A stretch of 53,276 nt of DNA from a virus (IMGVR_UViG_3300041809_003414:1-53276); one strand, 5' to 3'; shown: positions 38,222-48,042, counted from the stretch's first letter. A program made the numbers and translations. Notes: generated by a model not told the origin, from the sequence alone.

Positions 38222-38935
38222 TCATGCTCTGTGGCGCTCCCACGGCTGTTCGAAATTGGGGTTATAGAAGTGCGAGCGGAAGCCCTGCGGCGGTGGCCCA
38301 ATGATCTCGATGGAATCAGCAGCGACGGTGCCGATGCGATCGTCCGCATCGAGAAAGCAAACCAGACCGTAATCGCCGCCAAATGGAAAGCGTAGACGGC
38401 CGCGCGCCTGGTACAGAGCTTCGTGCGTCCATCCAAGTGCCAATGCTCGCTCACGGATCGCGTTGACGCATTCTAGGGCTTGGTCTGAGACTGGCTGAGT
38501 GAAGAAACCTTTGTCATTGCCTGAGGGAGTTGCAACGGGCCATGGCCGAAGTTCTGTCCACGGTTCGGCAACGGGCGGCGCATACCTCCGGGCATCGAGA
38601 GTGCGAATTGCTTCGAATAACCGTGGTTCGCCGAAGTTGGCCGTGGCCCAATCCTGCATTGCATTGAACCTCGCCCGAAGATCGTCAAATTGGCTGGCGG
38701 AGAGTTTACCGGCGGCAACGGCGCTCTTTGCGATCGTCATTTTCGAGCGCAACCAGGCGTAATACTCCGGGTCAAGGCGCCGATAAGCAGTGTCGTCGAT
38801 CTGGAGATCGCGCGCGAAAAAAGCCGGCTCGTTCGTAATCCATTGCTCCAGAGACGTGGAGACGTACATCGCGGCAGAGGGCGTGCCGCGGCGGACTACC
38901 TTTTCCTCATTCCCGTTTTCGAGTAACGCGGTCAT
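38222..38935 (-). CDS. Hypothetical protein downstream of primase
   Basis: 237 aa ORF with GAGG SD in early-operon orientation. Confidence 0.65.
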   Translation of the reverse strand: MTALLENGNEEKVVRRGTPSAAMYVSTSLEQWITNEPAFFARDLQIDDTAYRRLDPEYYAWLRSKMTIAKSAVAAGKLSASQFDDLRARFNAMQDWATANFGEPRLFEAIRTLDARRYAPPVAEPWTELRPWPVATPSGNDKGFFTQPVSDQALECVNAIRERALALGWTHEALYQARGRLRFPFGGDYGLVCFLDADDRIGTVAADSIEIIGPPPQGFRSHFYNPNFEQPWERHRA

Positions 38936-38946
38936 TCAAGTGCCTC

Positions 38947-39243
38947 GCGTCCCAGTCTGGCCGTGGCGACTGAAAGAGGACTGGGACGCCGTAATCCAAT
39001 GACAGGAACAAAGTTACGAGACGGCGTCCACGCGTCCCAGTCTGTCCCAGTGTTTTGCGCAAACTCTCCATAGGAGTTTCTCAATACATTCCCTCCTATG
39101 TTCCCGGCATATATATTTTTTCCTCTTACGTGTGCGCGCATATGAATATACTGGGACGCTGGGACACGGCCATGAAAACACACGGGTTGAGACTGGGACG
39201 CGGACTGGGACGCAGACTGGGACGCGGCCCGAGACGTGGACGC
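38947..39243. repeat. Iteron cluster / putative replication origin
   Basis: GACTGGGACGC-type units in both orientations (three at 12-bp period: 39191, 39203, 39215) around an AT-rich core, directly after the primase-helicase gene. Confidence 0.75.
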
Positions 39244-39269
39244 CAACGTCGGAACCCCAGCGCCACGAG

Positions 39270-42095
39270 TCACTCCGCCCTCCGATAAAGCCAGTCACGT
39301 GAGCCCCTCCGACCGATCCGGAACCGTGCCCATCCCAGGGCTCGCAGACATCGTGCCACGCGGATCTTATCCATCTGGGTCCACTGATCCTTCTTCTTCT
39401 CCAAGCACAAGGAAAGTACGTCTGCAATGGAGACCGAGTCCCGTCCTTCGAGCCAAGGGATGATCAATTCATCCCAGGGGTCATTCTCGTAACGATCCGC
39501 CTGTTCCTCGGCGGCATCCCGTGTAAGCTCCACGGAATCGAGCCACCAAGGTTTTCCGTCGAAGTACAACTGCGCCGCTTCGGCCCAGAGCTGGTCGCGC
39601 GCCTCGGCCAAGGCATCGACGTCGATCACAAGCGCTTTACACTCCACAGGCCAGAATCGCCGCGCGCCAGTTTCGTCGCGGAGATACGTGCCATGGTTGA
39701 CGCTGCCGGCGAACACGCACTGGCGCGGAGAGTCTATGGGCCGTTTACCGTATGGTGGCCGGAAGCGGTCCGATCCCCGGCTCATGAACGCCTTGATACG
39801 CCCGACGTCGGAACGAGCCATGGAATCAAGCTCGGCGATTTCGATAACCCACACGCCGCGGGTCTGCAGTGCGGCATCCTTCGATCCAAGGTCGGCGATC
39901 TCGTCCGTGAACCACGGCTGAGCCAGTACGCGAAGCGCGGTCGATTTCCGAATGCCCTGCTCGCCTTCGAGAATCAGGCAGCAATCGGCTTTGCATCCGG
40001 GCATGAATACCCGGGCGACGGCGGAGATCATCCACCGCGAACCCACAGCTGCCGCATAGGGAGACGGATCAACACCGAGGAAATCAGCCAGCCAGGATTG
40101 CAGCCGTGGCGTGTGGTCCCACTGTAGATCCTGGAGGTATTTCCGCACGGGATGAAAGGAACGATCACGGGCGACCGCTTCAACGGCCTGGCCGGTTGTC
40201 TCGACCGACACGAAGATGCCCTGGCGATGCAGCCAGTCGGTGGCCAGGATGTCTTCTTGCTGACTCCATTCCCCGGGGACCTCGCGTTCTGGCTTCATCC
40301 ACGGAGTCGGGCGTTCGAAAACCGTGCAATGGGCGAACTCGTTATGCGCAAGAACACCGGTCCACTCCGGTGCGTAACGGAACGCGGCCATTGCGTTGGC
40401 CAGCACGGGTCTAATCGTATTGTTCAGGTTCAGCAGCAGGGCGTCACGCCAATTGGGAGGCTGGTCGTTTGTAGCGGCAAACGCGAATGTGGATTGTTCC
40501 CCCGACCCGCGTTTGCCAGCGGAGCGGCCCTTGCCACTCGATCGAGAATCGATGCGAACCACCTTCATCTGTTCCCGCAATGCCGCGAGCGGAAGCCGAT
40601 CCTTGCCGCACTGATTTTGAATCAAGCGCAGATGGCGCGGTTGGTCGATCGGATCGAGCCGCCGGACTTCAGCCAGAATCGGCTCGATTAACCGCGCGAG
40701 GTCCGTTTCCGGCGTCGCGGTAGACAGCCTCGAGATCGCCAGTTCCAGCGGTGTCTGCGCGCCGGAAAGGATGGCTTCGAAATCGGCCGCAGTTCTGCCC
40801 GATGCGAAGTATTCGTTTACGTCGATTTTGGCATCGGCTAGCAACGACTCCGCGCGGCGAATTTCCTCCTCGCCGCGGCCTTCCAGTTGCTTGGCGAGGT
40901 CTTTTGGCGTGATACCGGGATGCGCGTCGAATCGATCACGCAGCTCCTGGCGTGCTTTCTGCTGCTTTTCACCGAGCGGCAGAACCGCTACGCGCGTCAG
41001 AATCCCGTGTGCGCCCAGGACGCCGGCGGTGCGGAGCGCGCCATTCAATCCGGCCTCGGACACCTCGTTGTCCTGGCAGATGTGGACCGTCTTCACACCG
41101 GCCAACTTCGGCAGGAGGCGGTCCCAATCGGCTTCGCGAATCCGTACCGTCACCGGTGACAGGACCGGAAAGCCGCGTTCCATGAGCGAAATGCAGTCCG
41201 TCACGCCTTCGGTGATAATGGCGCGCTCGGGGCGGGTTAGAAGGACATCTTCGTTGTAGAGAACGTCATTCCGGATGCATGGAGCGACGTGTTCATTGTT
41301 GCGCCCGTTTCGGACGGCGAGTTTCTTGTATTTCGATTTCTCCCAGGCCTGATCGGGTGTCCAAGGCGTCTGGCGTCCGATCATGAAAACAACGTGGCCG
41401 CGGCTCCAGTACGGGAAGACGATTCGGCCCTCGAAAAATGGGATCAAGCCATCCTGCGCTGTGGGCCGGAACGCGGACGTGGCCGTTAATTCCGCCTTCG
41501 TAAACGCATTTGAGCCGTCCATCAACGTTTGGAAGACGCTGGGATTGTCGTTCTGGGCGAAGCCGATCTTCAGCCGAGCAGCCATCTCATCGCCGATGCC
41601 GTATTTTTCACGGAACCAAGTGAGGACGTCGGGGTTGGCGAGCAGTCGCTGATGGTAGAATTCCGCAATCTCCGTCAGTGCCTCATGCACGCGAAGACTG
41701 AGCGCATGGGCTTCTTCGGCCCCCTGCGCATCTGGTGACAGACCTGATAGCGGTGGCAAACCGGCGCGTCCGGCCAAGTAGTCCCGCGCCTGGCGATGCG
41801 ATTCCGGCATCCGCCCGGACTGGCCGCGAGTCACCTGTCCCGACTGAACGAATTCCACCAATTGCAGCACATCGCCGCCCACACCGCAGCCGAAGCAATA
41901 CCAGCCTTGCTTGTCGAGCATAATGTGCAGCGAGCGATGCGACTGGCTCCGGTGATTGGGACAGTCGCACTGCAGTGTCCGCTGGGATTCCTGAGTGATT
42001 CTGCCGGCGAACACGTCGCGCGCGACCTCACCGATATCCACATCCGTGACTTGGCGGTAATAACTTTGGACGTCTGTGGAAGACTGAGCTGTCAT
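39270..42095 (-). CDS. Primase-helicase: CHC2 zinc finger + TOPRIM + VapE-like ATPase
   Basis: CPNH...CFGC...GD, EG..D...QDN TOPRIM, GEQGIRKST Walker A, FRPPYG, DETGARRFWPV; ATGA overlap with recD2. Confidence 0.92.
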   Translation of the reverse strand: MTAQSSTDVQSYYRQVTDVDIGEVARDVFAGRITQESQRTLQCDCPNHRSQSHRSLHIMLDKQGWYCFGCGVGGDVLQLVEFVQSGQVTRGQSGRMPESHRQARDYLAGRAGLPPLSGLSPDAQGAEEAHALSLRVHEALTEIAEFYHQRLLANPDVLTWFREKYGIGDEMAARLKIGFAQNDNPSVFQTLMDGSNAFTKAELTATSAFRPTAQDGLIPFFEGRIVFPYWSRGHVVFMIGRQTPWTPDQAWEKSKYKKLAVRNGRNNEHVAPCIRNDVLYNEDVLLTRPERAIITEGVTDCISLMERGFPVLSPVTVRIREADWDRLLPKLAGVKTVHICQDNEVSEAGLNGALRTAGVLGAHGILTRVAVLPLGEKQQKARQELRDRFDAHPGITPKDLAKQLEGRGEEEIRRAESLLADAKIDVNEYFASGRTAADFEAILSGAQTPLELAISRLSTATPETDLARLIEPILAEVRRLDPIDQPRHLRLIQNQCGKDRLPLAALREQMKVVRIDSRSSGKGRSAGKRGSGEQSTFAFAATNDQPPNWRDALLLNLNNTIRPVLANAMAAFRYAPEWTGVLAHNEFAHCTVFERPTPWMKPEREVPGEWSQQEDILATDWLHRQGIFVSVETTGQAVEAVARDRSFHPVRKYLQDLQWDHTPRLQSWLADFLGVDPSPYAAAVGSRWMISAVARVFMPGCKADCCLILEGEQGIRKSTALRVLAQPWFTDEIADLGSKDAALQTRGVWVIEIAELDSMARSDVGRIKAFMSRGSDRFRPPYGKRPIDSPRQCVFAGSVNHGTYLRDETGARRFWPVECKALVIDVDALAEARDQLWAEAAQLYFDGKPWWLDSVELTRDAAEEQADRYENDPWDELIIPWLEGRDSVSIADVLSLCLEKKKDQWTQMDKIRVARCLRALGWARFRIGRRGSRDWLYRRAE

Positions 42096-44290
42096 ACGCT
42101 GGCCCCCTGTGGCAGCAGAAAGGAAAGGAATGTGTTTCTGCGGTCGACCTGGCGCTTCTTCACGCAGTTTTCGATACCCCAGGTATCGCCAACGAGGATC
42201 ACCGACCCCTTTGCACGCGTCACCGCCGTATAAAGAAGGTTGCGGTGGTGCATGAACGAATGCGACTTGTGGACCACCACCACAGCGCATGGGAACTCGG
42301 ATCCCTGCATTTTGTGAATGGACGTGGCGTACGCGAGTTGAACATTGTTCAGGTCCGGCGAGTCGCCTGCAATCTCGACGAGATTGCCTTCGAAGTTGAT
42401 CGTCATGGCGCCGTCACTCCCGACAGCAGCAACAATGCCGACCGCACCGTTCATAACCTGGCGGTCGTAATCATTCTTCGTCTGGATGACCTTGTCGTTG
42501 GCATAGAACGTAGGCCGGCGGCCCGGTTCCACGTCGGGGATGTCGACTCCGAAGAGCTTCAGCTGCAGCAGCCGTTGCAGCGCAATGTTCAACTCGACGG
42601 TGCCAAGTGGACCCTTGTGGGTGGGTGTAAGCAATTGGACATCGCGCAGGAGATCATAACCGAGACGCTCCTGCAGGACTTCCTCAAACAGCAACAGGAG
42701 CATCCCGGATACGTCGTCCCGGTCGCTGAATTTATCGATGACATACCAGGGCCGTCGACCGCCGGCCTGGGTTTCGGATGTGGGCCTAACCTCGCCGGCC
42801 AGAATCGCGGTGGAGTTTTCTTTCAGTTCGCCGGCCTGCCGAATTACACGAGTCAGCACTGTAGTGGGGATGGCGCACGACTGGACAAGATCGCGGAGGA
42901 GGTTGCCCGGACCGACCGGCGGTAGCTGGTTGTGATCACCCACCAGAACAACTGCAGTCCGGCTGGAATCCACGGCATGCAAAAGGCGCCACGCGAGCGC
43001 CACATCCACCATGGAAACTTCGTCGACGACGAGGATGTCGGCTTCAATCGGATTGCCGGCACCCCGCAAATACGTCTGGCCGTTGAACCCGAGGAGCCGG
43101 TGGATAGTGCAAGCCGGATGCCCAACCACCTCCTCCATGCGTTTCGCGGCCTTGCCGGTGGGCGCGGCCAGAACAACGCTCAGTTCCAGCCGGTCGGCAA
43201 TGCTGGTGATAGTAGAAATCGCATACGTCTTACCGCTTCCCGCTCCGCCGGCGATGAGAGAGACCGCACTTGTGAGCGCGTTTGCCACGGCGCGCCGCTG
43301 TTCCGGATTCAATTCCGCGCCCTCAGCATTGAGTAGCGGGTCGACGTCGCCGATGACTTTGGCATGAGGGTTCTTCTCGTGCGAGCCCGCGAATCGCTCC
43401 GCCAGTTCCTGCTCCATTCGATGGATCTCCGGATCGGCGACAACGAGCCGTTCAAAGGGAGCCGAGATCAGGAGGCCTTCGCCAATGAGCGATTCGAGAT
43501 GCCCTTCGATGATGTCGCGACTGTCCAGCGAGTCCATTACCAGCAGAGTGTTCGCCCGATCCAACAGGTCCTCGTACTCGACCCAACAATCGCCGTCGTC
43601 GAGGGCGTCCGCGACGCAATACTGAATCCCGGCACGAATCCGCGAAGGCAGCTCCTTCGGGGTGCCCATCTTGCGGGCGATTTTGTCGACACGCTTGAAG
43701 CCGTAACCCGAAATCTCACGCATGAGAAGGTAGGGGTCGCGCTCAAGCATCGGCACAACCTGGCTGCCGAAGCGCTCGACAAGGGTGGTCACCTGGTGAT
43801 GGGTCAACCCGAAACGCGAGAGATAAGCCATCGCGGCGTTGAAATCCCCATTCGCGATCCACGTACGTTGCAGCCCGAGGATAGTTTCGAGCGGCGCTTT
43901 CGCCACGGTCGCCACTGCCTCCGGTTGAGCGCGGATCGCAGCATCAAATCCCGCGCCGAAGTGATCGGCAATCAAGCGCGCTTTGGCCGGCCCGATGCCC
44001 TTTACGTCGGGGTTATTACCCAGAAAGTTGGCGAGGCCATCGGCGTCCATCTCCAGGTCATACCCCAGGAATTCCACGGAGAATTGCCGCCCGTACTTCG
44101 GATGTCGGGCCCAGCAGCCATCCAGACGAACGGAATCATTCGGCCTGGCGAAGACTTTCCCGGCGAAGGTCACCAGGCTGCCGTCTGGAGTGCGGAGGCG
44201 CCCGGCGGTGAACGCCGGGCCCGAGTAGAAAACCGTCTCGACGATGCCGCGGATCGAGGAGCGGACCTCCGCGTCTCTCGTTTTCGTCAT
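42092..44290 (-). CDS. recD2: RecD2-like SF1B helicase
   Basis: HPKYGRQF, KGIGP HhH, GGAGSGKT, VDEVSMVD, GDHNQLPPVGPG, YATSIHKMQGSEF, YTAVTRAK. Confidence 0.92.
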   Translation of the reverse strand: MTKTRDAEVRSSIRGIVETVFYSGPAFTAGRLRTPDGSLVTFAGKVFARPNDSVRLDGCWARHPKYGRQFSVEFLGYDLEMDADGLANFLGNNPDVKGIGPAKARLIADHFGAGFDAAIRAQPEAVATVAKAPLETILGLQRTWIANGDFNAAMAYLSRFGLTHHQVTTLVERFGSQVVPMLERDPYLLMREISGYGFKRVDKIARKMGTPKELPSRIRAGIQYCVADALDDGDCWVEYEDLLDRANTLLVMDSLDSRDIIEGHLESLIGEGLLISAPFERLVVADPEIHRMEQELAERFAGSHEKNPHAKVIGDVDPLLNAEGAELNPEQRRAVANALTSAVSLIAGGAGSGKTYAISTITSIADRLELSVVLAAPTGKAAKRMEEVVGHPACTIHRLLGFNGQTYLRGAGNPIEADILVVDEVSMVDVALAWRLLHAVDSSRTAVVLVGDHNQLPPVGPGNLLRDLVQSCAIPTTVLTRVIRQAGELKENSTAILAGEVRPTSETQAGGRRPWYVIDKFSDRDDVSGMLLLLFEEVLQERLGYDLLRDVQLLTPTHKGPLGTVELNIALQRLLQLKLFGVDIPDVEPGRRPTFYANDKVIQTKNDYDRQVMNGAVGIVAAVGSDGAMTINFEGNLVEIAGDSPDLNNVQLAYATSIHKMQGSEFPCAVVVVHKSHSFMHHRNLLYTAVTRAKGSVILVGDTWGIENCVKKRQVDRRNTFLSFLLPQGASV

Positions 44291-44736
44291 GAACCCCACC
44301 TCGCGTGTGCGGCCAACAGGTAAGCCTGCACAAACTGGCAGGCCGCCTGCCGGTTCGAACAGAAGAAGACGGGAAGTTTGTAGTCGAGAATAATCGACAG
44401 CGCGCTCCCGAGCACGGCATTGGGGTGAGCGCCACCCCGGTAGCGCCCCAGCAGAATATCGGGGACGCTGGCCTCAACCACGACACACGCGTTCCGGTAC
44501 GATGCGAGCTTCCGAAGCTCATTCCGGAACCGCGCGCGATCGTGGATTACCGTGGAGACGAAATCGTCGAGGCTCTTCCGCTCCACGGCGACGGTGTTTT
44601 CCAGGCCAACGACGGAGTAATCCCCGGCTGGTAGCGCGCGGCGCTCCACCGCCACCAGCTGGGAGTCGAACGAATAGCCTTCCTGCTCTCGCGTGTCGAC
44701 GATGAAAGTGACAGGCCCAGAATTAGAACGGCACAA
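44287..44736 (-). CDS. ERCC4-domain nuclease
   Basis: VDTREQ, L..GDY, VERKSLDDF motifs. Confidence 0.9.
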   Translation of the reverse strand: MCRSNSGPVTFIVDTREQEGYSFDSQLVAVERRALPAGDYSVVGLENTVAVERKSLDDFVSTVIHDRARFRNELRKLASYRNACVVVEASVPDILLGRYRGGAHPNAVLGSALSIILDYKLPVFFCSNRQAACQFVQAYLLAAHARWGS

Positions 44737-45181
44737 GAGCGTCGCCCGCCTCCTGACGGAACGTCTTGGGCGTCCGGGCGGTCGTCTCGATGCGGCGGTT
44801 GAAGAAGATGTTCTCGTTTTCGCCCCTGGTCTTCTTGGTGACCTCGAGCTTCACGTCAAGCAACTTCTTCAAGTGCTTGGGCAGATCGGAGATTTTTTCG
44901 ATGTCGAGGCCGCACAGATGCAGGTCGGTTTTCAGGTACTTCAGGGTGTTGTGGGTGATGACGCTGTTGCGCCACATCAGCCGATTTACGAATTTCGGCG
45001 CAATCACGCGGAGCGTCCACTTCAGCATCGGGTTGCCGGTGGTCTGAGCTTCGGCCAGCTCGACCTTCTCCACTGCAACCTGGTACTTGCCGTCGGGAAC
45101 GCTCTCGAAATCGGCCTTCTCTTCGGGTTGCTCGGCGCGGAACTCCGCGTCGAATTTCGACAGGTCAATCGATTTACTCAT
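44723..45181 (-). CDS. DUF669 family protein (putative ssDNA-binding)
   Basis: VPDGKYQV.VEKVEL...GNPMLKW motif, C-terminal VPF tail, follows Sak4-like ATPase. Confidence 0.8.
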   Translation of the reverse strand: MSKSIDLSKFDAEFRAEQPEEKADFESVPDGKYQVAVEKVELAEAQTTGNPMLKWTLRVIAPKFVNRLMWRNSVITHNTLKYLKTDLHLCGLDIEKISDLPKHLKKLLDVKLEVTKKTRGENENIFFNRRIETTARTPKTFRQEAGDALVPF

Positions 45182-45208
45182 AGAATCGTCTCCTTTCCTT
45201 GGGTGGGA

Positions 45209-45964
45209 CTATTTCGCCGCAGTTGCCGGCGTTTTCGCGGCCGCCTGCGGCTTCGGCGGCGCGACTGCCGCGGTGAATGCCGTAATGAAGCTTTTGAAAT
45301 CGAGGTCGATGGTCTCTGGCAGCCGCCCGGTGCGGTCGCCGGCTTCGTAGTACAGACTGGGCTTGGTGCGGATCACGCGCCGCATGTTCTGTTGGCCCTC
45401 CTCGCCGGTGGTCAGTTCCAGGTCGCAGAACAGGACCATGTCCACCATGCCCAGCACGATCTTGCGGGCCTTGTCGGGCAGCGTGGGCACGATGCGGGTG
45501 TATTTCCCGGTGCGCGTCTCAACCTCGATCTCCTTGGCGTGGGAAACGAGGAATAGCCCATAGGGCATGAACGCCAGCTTGGTAAGCACCCGCTGGAATT
45601 CGTTGTTGACGATGGCGTACCCTTTCCCGTATCCGAGATCGGACTCGTGGTCGATTTTGAATTTCTTCAGGATGTAATCGGTGCAGAACTTGTAGGCGTT
45701 GTCGATGGTGTCGATGATGAGGGTTTTGAAAGGGTGCTCACCTTTCTCAATCTCGGCGCAAGCGGCTAGCAAGTCGTCCCAGGACTGGATGGGCACTTGG
45801 TACACGTCCAGGGAATTCAGGCCGGGTTCGGTGGCGAGGAACACGGCTCCATCCGCCTGCGAACAAAGCGTGGACTTCCCTATCTTTGTGGGGCCGTAGA
45901 CTAGAACCGTCAGGTCGGCCAGGTTCGGCTTGGGCTGCGTTTTTGCGGTTGGCAGTAACGACAT
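45209..45964 (-). CDS. AAA_24 / Sak4-like ATPase
   Basis: YGPTKIGKST Walker A, LIIDT Walker B, GYGKGY, SH motif. Confidence 0.88.
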   Translation of the reverse strand: MSLLPTAKTQPKPNLADLTVLVYGPTKIGKSTLCSQADGAVFLATEPGLNSLDVYQVPIQSWDDLLAACAEIEKGEHPFKTLIIDTIDNAYKFCTDYILKKFKIDHESDLGYGKGYAIVNNEFQRVLTKLAFMPYGLFLVSHAKEIEVETRTGKYTRIVPTLPDKARKIVLGMVDMVLFCDLELTTGEEGQQNMRRVIRTKPSLYYEAGDRTGRLPETIDLDFKSFITAFTAAVAPPKPQAAAKTPATAAK

Positions 45965-45982
45965 AATTCCGTTGATCTCCTT

Positions 45983-47002
45983 TTAGAAAACTGGCTCTGG
46001 GGTTTCGTTGGGCAGCACGCGCAATTCTTCGTTGGGCGGCACGCGCTGGAAGAAGTTATCGATCAAGTTGGGATTGCCGTTCGAACGGCACAACGCGAAA
46101 TAAGAGCAGGGCCGTTGGTAGTTGAAGCAGAAAGCGGTGTTCTGGTAGAACACGCCGCGGCGCCGCGCATCCAGGAACGCCTGCGTCAGCTCCCACAGCT
46201 CACTGCGCAAAATATCGAAGCGGTCCCGCGAGAGATAGAGCATTTCCCGGTGAAGCATCGTGGGTTCGGAATACTTTTCCGCCAGCCGCTGCTGAAACTC
46301 TTCATCCGTCTCCGGCATGCGGCGCTTCGCCGATGACTTGCCGGTTTTCGATTTTGCCAGCAGTTCGGCCCGGCGGGCCTGAAATTCCTCCTCGGTCTCG
46401 CCTTTGCTCTGCTGCAGCTTCGCCTTCACCAGGACGTTGTAGAGAATCCCGGTGATGGGGATCCCCATAGTCTGCTCGACATAGTGGGCATAGATGGTGA
46501 TCTGGAAATCCGTCCAAAGGCGTTCCAGGTAATCGGAATCCATTTGTCCGGCGGTTTTGTGTTCGAGGACGAAGTAATTCTCGCCAATGCAAGCGATGCC
46601 ATCCACCTTGCCGGCAAGCTGGAAGCTACGTGAAGCCGCGCCGGTGGCTGGATTGACGATCGGACCTTCGAATGTCTTCTCCAGGGCGACAATCTCGAAT
46701 TCCTCGGTTGCATATCGCGCGGCATAAGCTTTCATCATTGCCGCGGCGAGGTGCCAGTCCCGAAGTTGGTTCTCATCCTGGACCCGATTGGGACAAAGAC
46801 GGTCGATCAAGGCCAGTACTTCGCCGAGATCGCGGCGCTGGTGCCAGGTCTGCAGACACTCGTGGATGAGAGTGCCGAAATGCAGGTTCCGGTCGCGCTG
46901 GATGGGAACGAGTTGCTGGAGGTATCGCCACTCAACCGCCTTGCGGCAGTTGCGGAACAGCGACCACATCGAATAAGTGGAGACCATCGGCCCAGGACTC
47001 AT
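45983..47002 (-). CDS. PD-(D/E)XK exonuclease (RecB/Cas4-like, four Cys)
   Basis: FGTLIHE, GKVDG, EHKT, Q..IY; one N-terminal Cys and C-terminal CxxxxxxCxxxxxC. Confidence 0.88.
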   Translation of the reverse strand: MSPGPMVSTYSMWSLFRNCRKAVEWRYLQQLVPIQRDRNLHFGTLIHECLQTWHQRRDLGEVLALIDRLCPNRVQDENQLRDWHLAAAMMKAYAARYATEEFEIVALEKTFEGPIVNPATGAASRSFQLAGKVDGIACIGENYFVLEHKTAGQMDSDYLERLWTDFQITIYAHYVEQTMGIPITGILYNVLVKAKLQQSKGETEEEFQARRAELLAKSKTGKSSAKRRMPETDEEFQQRLAEKYSEPTMLHREMLYLSRDRFDILRSELWELTQAFLDARRRGVFYQNTAFCFNYQRPCSYFALCRSNGNPNLIDNFFQRVPPNEELRVLPNETPEPVF

Positions 47003-47574
47003 CTCGCGCCTTGCCATGTCGGCGCCAGGCCAGACGTACGAAACGCGGCGCGCAACTCCTCCCGGAACTGATAGGTCCTCCGGCTGGTGAGGCCCAGTTT
47101 CGTGCCCATTTTGGCGGCGATTTCGCCAAAATCCGTCGTACGGATCTCCTCCGCTAGAAGCTGTACGCGGGGGGCCACCGACGAGAGCACCTTTTCGACG
47201 TCGATCCTGGCCTGAACCGCTTCGGCAGTCGAACTCCGGGAGGCATCGTCTAGGCCGGCGGAAGCTTCAACCGGGCATTCGGTTTCGTCGTCATCCGTCA
47301 GAGAGGCGATTCTGCCCATTCCCGACCGGATGGCCTTCAGTGCCAGCGATGCCGCCCGGTTACGGATCAAACGGTTGATGAAAGTCTTGTAGGTGCCCCG
47401 TTCGCGCTTGAATCCGCTAATGCGCTTCCAGTACTCCAGGAAGAGCTGCTGCTCAAGGTCTTGGCGATCGTCTTCCCGGAACAACTGACATGCCACCAAT
47501 TCGTGGACCCGGCACCGAATGCTGTCGAGCGCGTATCGATCCATTTCCGATAAATCACTGCTTGCTGTCCTCAT
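46999..47574 (-). CDS. Phage-encoded sigma-70 family (ECF-like) factor
   Basis: Region 2 DRQDLEQQLFL...F...RG..KTFI.RLIRN and region 4 HTH (EIAAKMG...SRRT). Confidence 0.82.
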   Translation of the reverse strand: MRTASSDLSEMDRYALDSIRCRVHELVACQLFREDDRQDLEQQLFLEYWKRISGFKRERGTYKTFINRLIRNRAASLALKAIRSGMGRIASLTDDDETECPVEASAGLDDASRSSTAEAVQARIDVEKVLSSVAPRVQLLAEEIRTTDFGEIAAKMGTKLGLTSRRTYQFREELRAAFRTSGLAPTWQGAR

Positions 47575-47693
47575 GTTTCCTCCCTGCCGGGGAGGTCCTT
47601 GTGGGGGCCAACAAAAAAGCGGAGGTCGGCGGGCGCGTGCTTTTCACGCGACTCACAAGGACCTCCGCTTCGCGGTCAGTCGTTTATCTGGTG
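47575..47693 (-). promoter_or_regulatory. Structured RNA leader: terminator / antiterminator / SD-sequester switch
   Basis: AAGCGGAGGTC pairs with GACCTCCGCTT running into a T6 tract; alternative 13-bp pairing with CACAAGGACCTCC; CCTCCC/GGGAGG hairpin over the SD. Confidence 0.7.
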
Positions 47694-47713
47694 TGTCTCT
47701 GGCTGCAGCTACA

Positions 47714-48040
47714 TCATGTGCGCGACAGAGCCTCCAGCCGCATCCTGAAGGGGATGCCATGTTTCACTTCGAGGCGCCCGATGGTGCCGTCCCCGATGGT
47801 GGTCAGGGAGTTCAGCAACTCGGTGACCTGTGTTTTGGCGGCCAAGTCTTTCGACGCAGCCTCCGGCCGGGGATCGACCTCCCCTCCGAACTTGATTTCC
47901 CGCACCACGCGCGGCGCCGGATCGAATACCGGCTCGCCGCCACGGATCTCCAGCTCTTCAATCGAGCCGAAGTGAAGCTCCCGCATCAGGCGAAGCAGGC
48001 GCCGGCGCCCGTCCGAAAGCTCCGCGATCTGTGCCGGCAT
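47714..48040 (-). CDS. Small tandem-domain protein, candidate RNA-binding antiterminator
   Basis: Two related halves LMRELHFGSIEELEIRGGEP / LTTIGDGTIGRLEVKHGIP; GAGGAG SD; function inferred only from context. Confidence 0.65.
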   Translation of the reverse strand: MPAQIAELSDGRRRLLRLMRELHFGSIEELEIRGGEPVFDPAPRVVREIKFGGEVDPRPEAASKDLAAKTQVTELLNSLTTIGDGTIGRLEVKHGIPFRMRLEALSRT

Positions 48041-48042
48041 GA

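Noticed and set aside
38947-39243. Repeats as a CRISPR mini-array
   Set aside because: Units are only 8-11 bp, occur in both orientations and lack regular unique spacers; they fit iterons
38932-39273. 113-aa ORF with ASQS repeats
   Set aside because: It is a translation of the iteron repeats in the putative origin
464-47071. Numerous long plus-strand ORFs antisense to structural and replication genes (e.g. 464..1474, 13440..14657, 18385..19542, 21882..23024, 31211..32500)
   Set aside because: Shadow ORFs expected in high-GC coding DNA; no recognisable motifs
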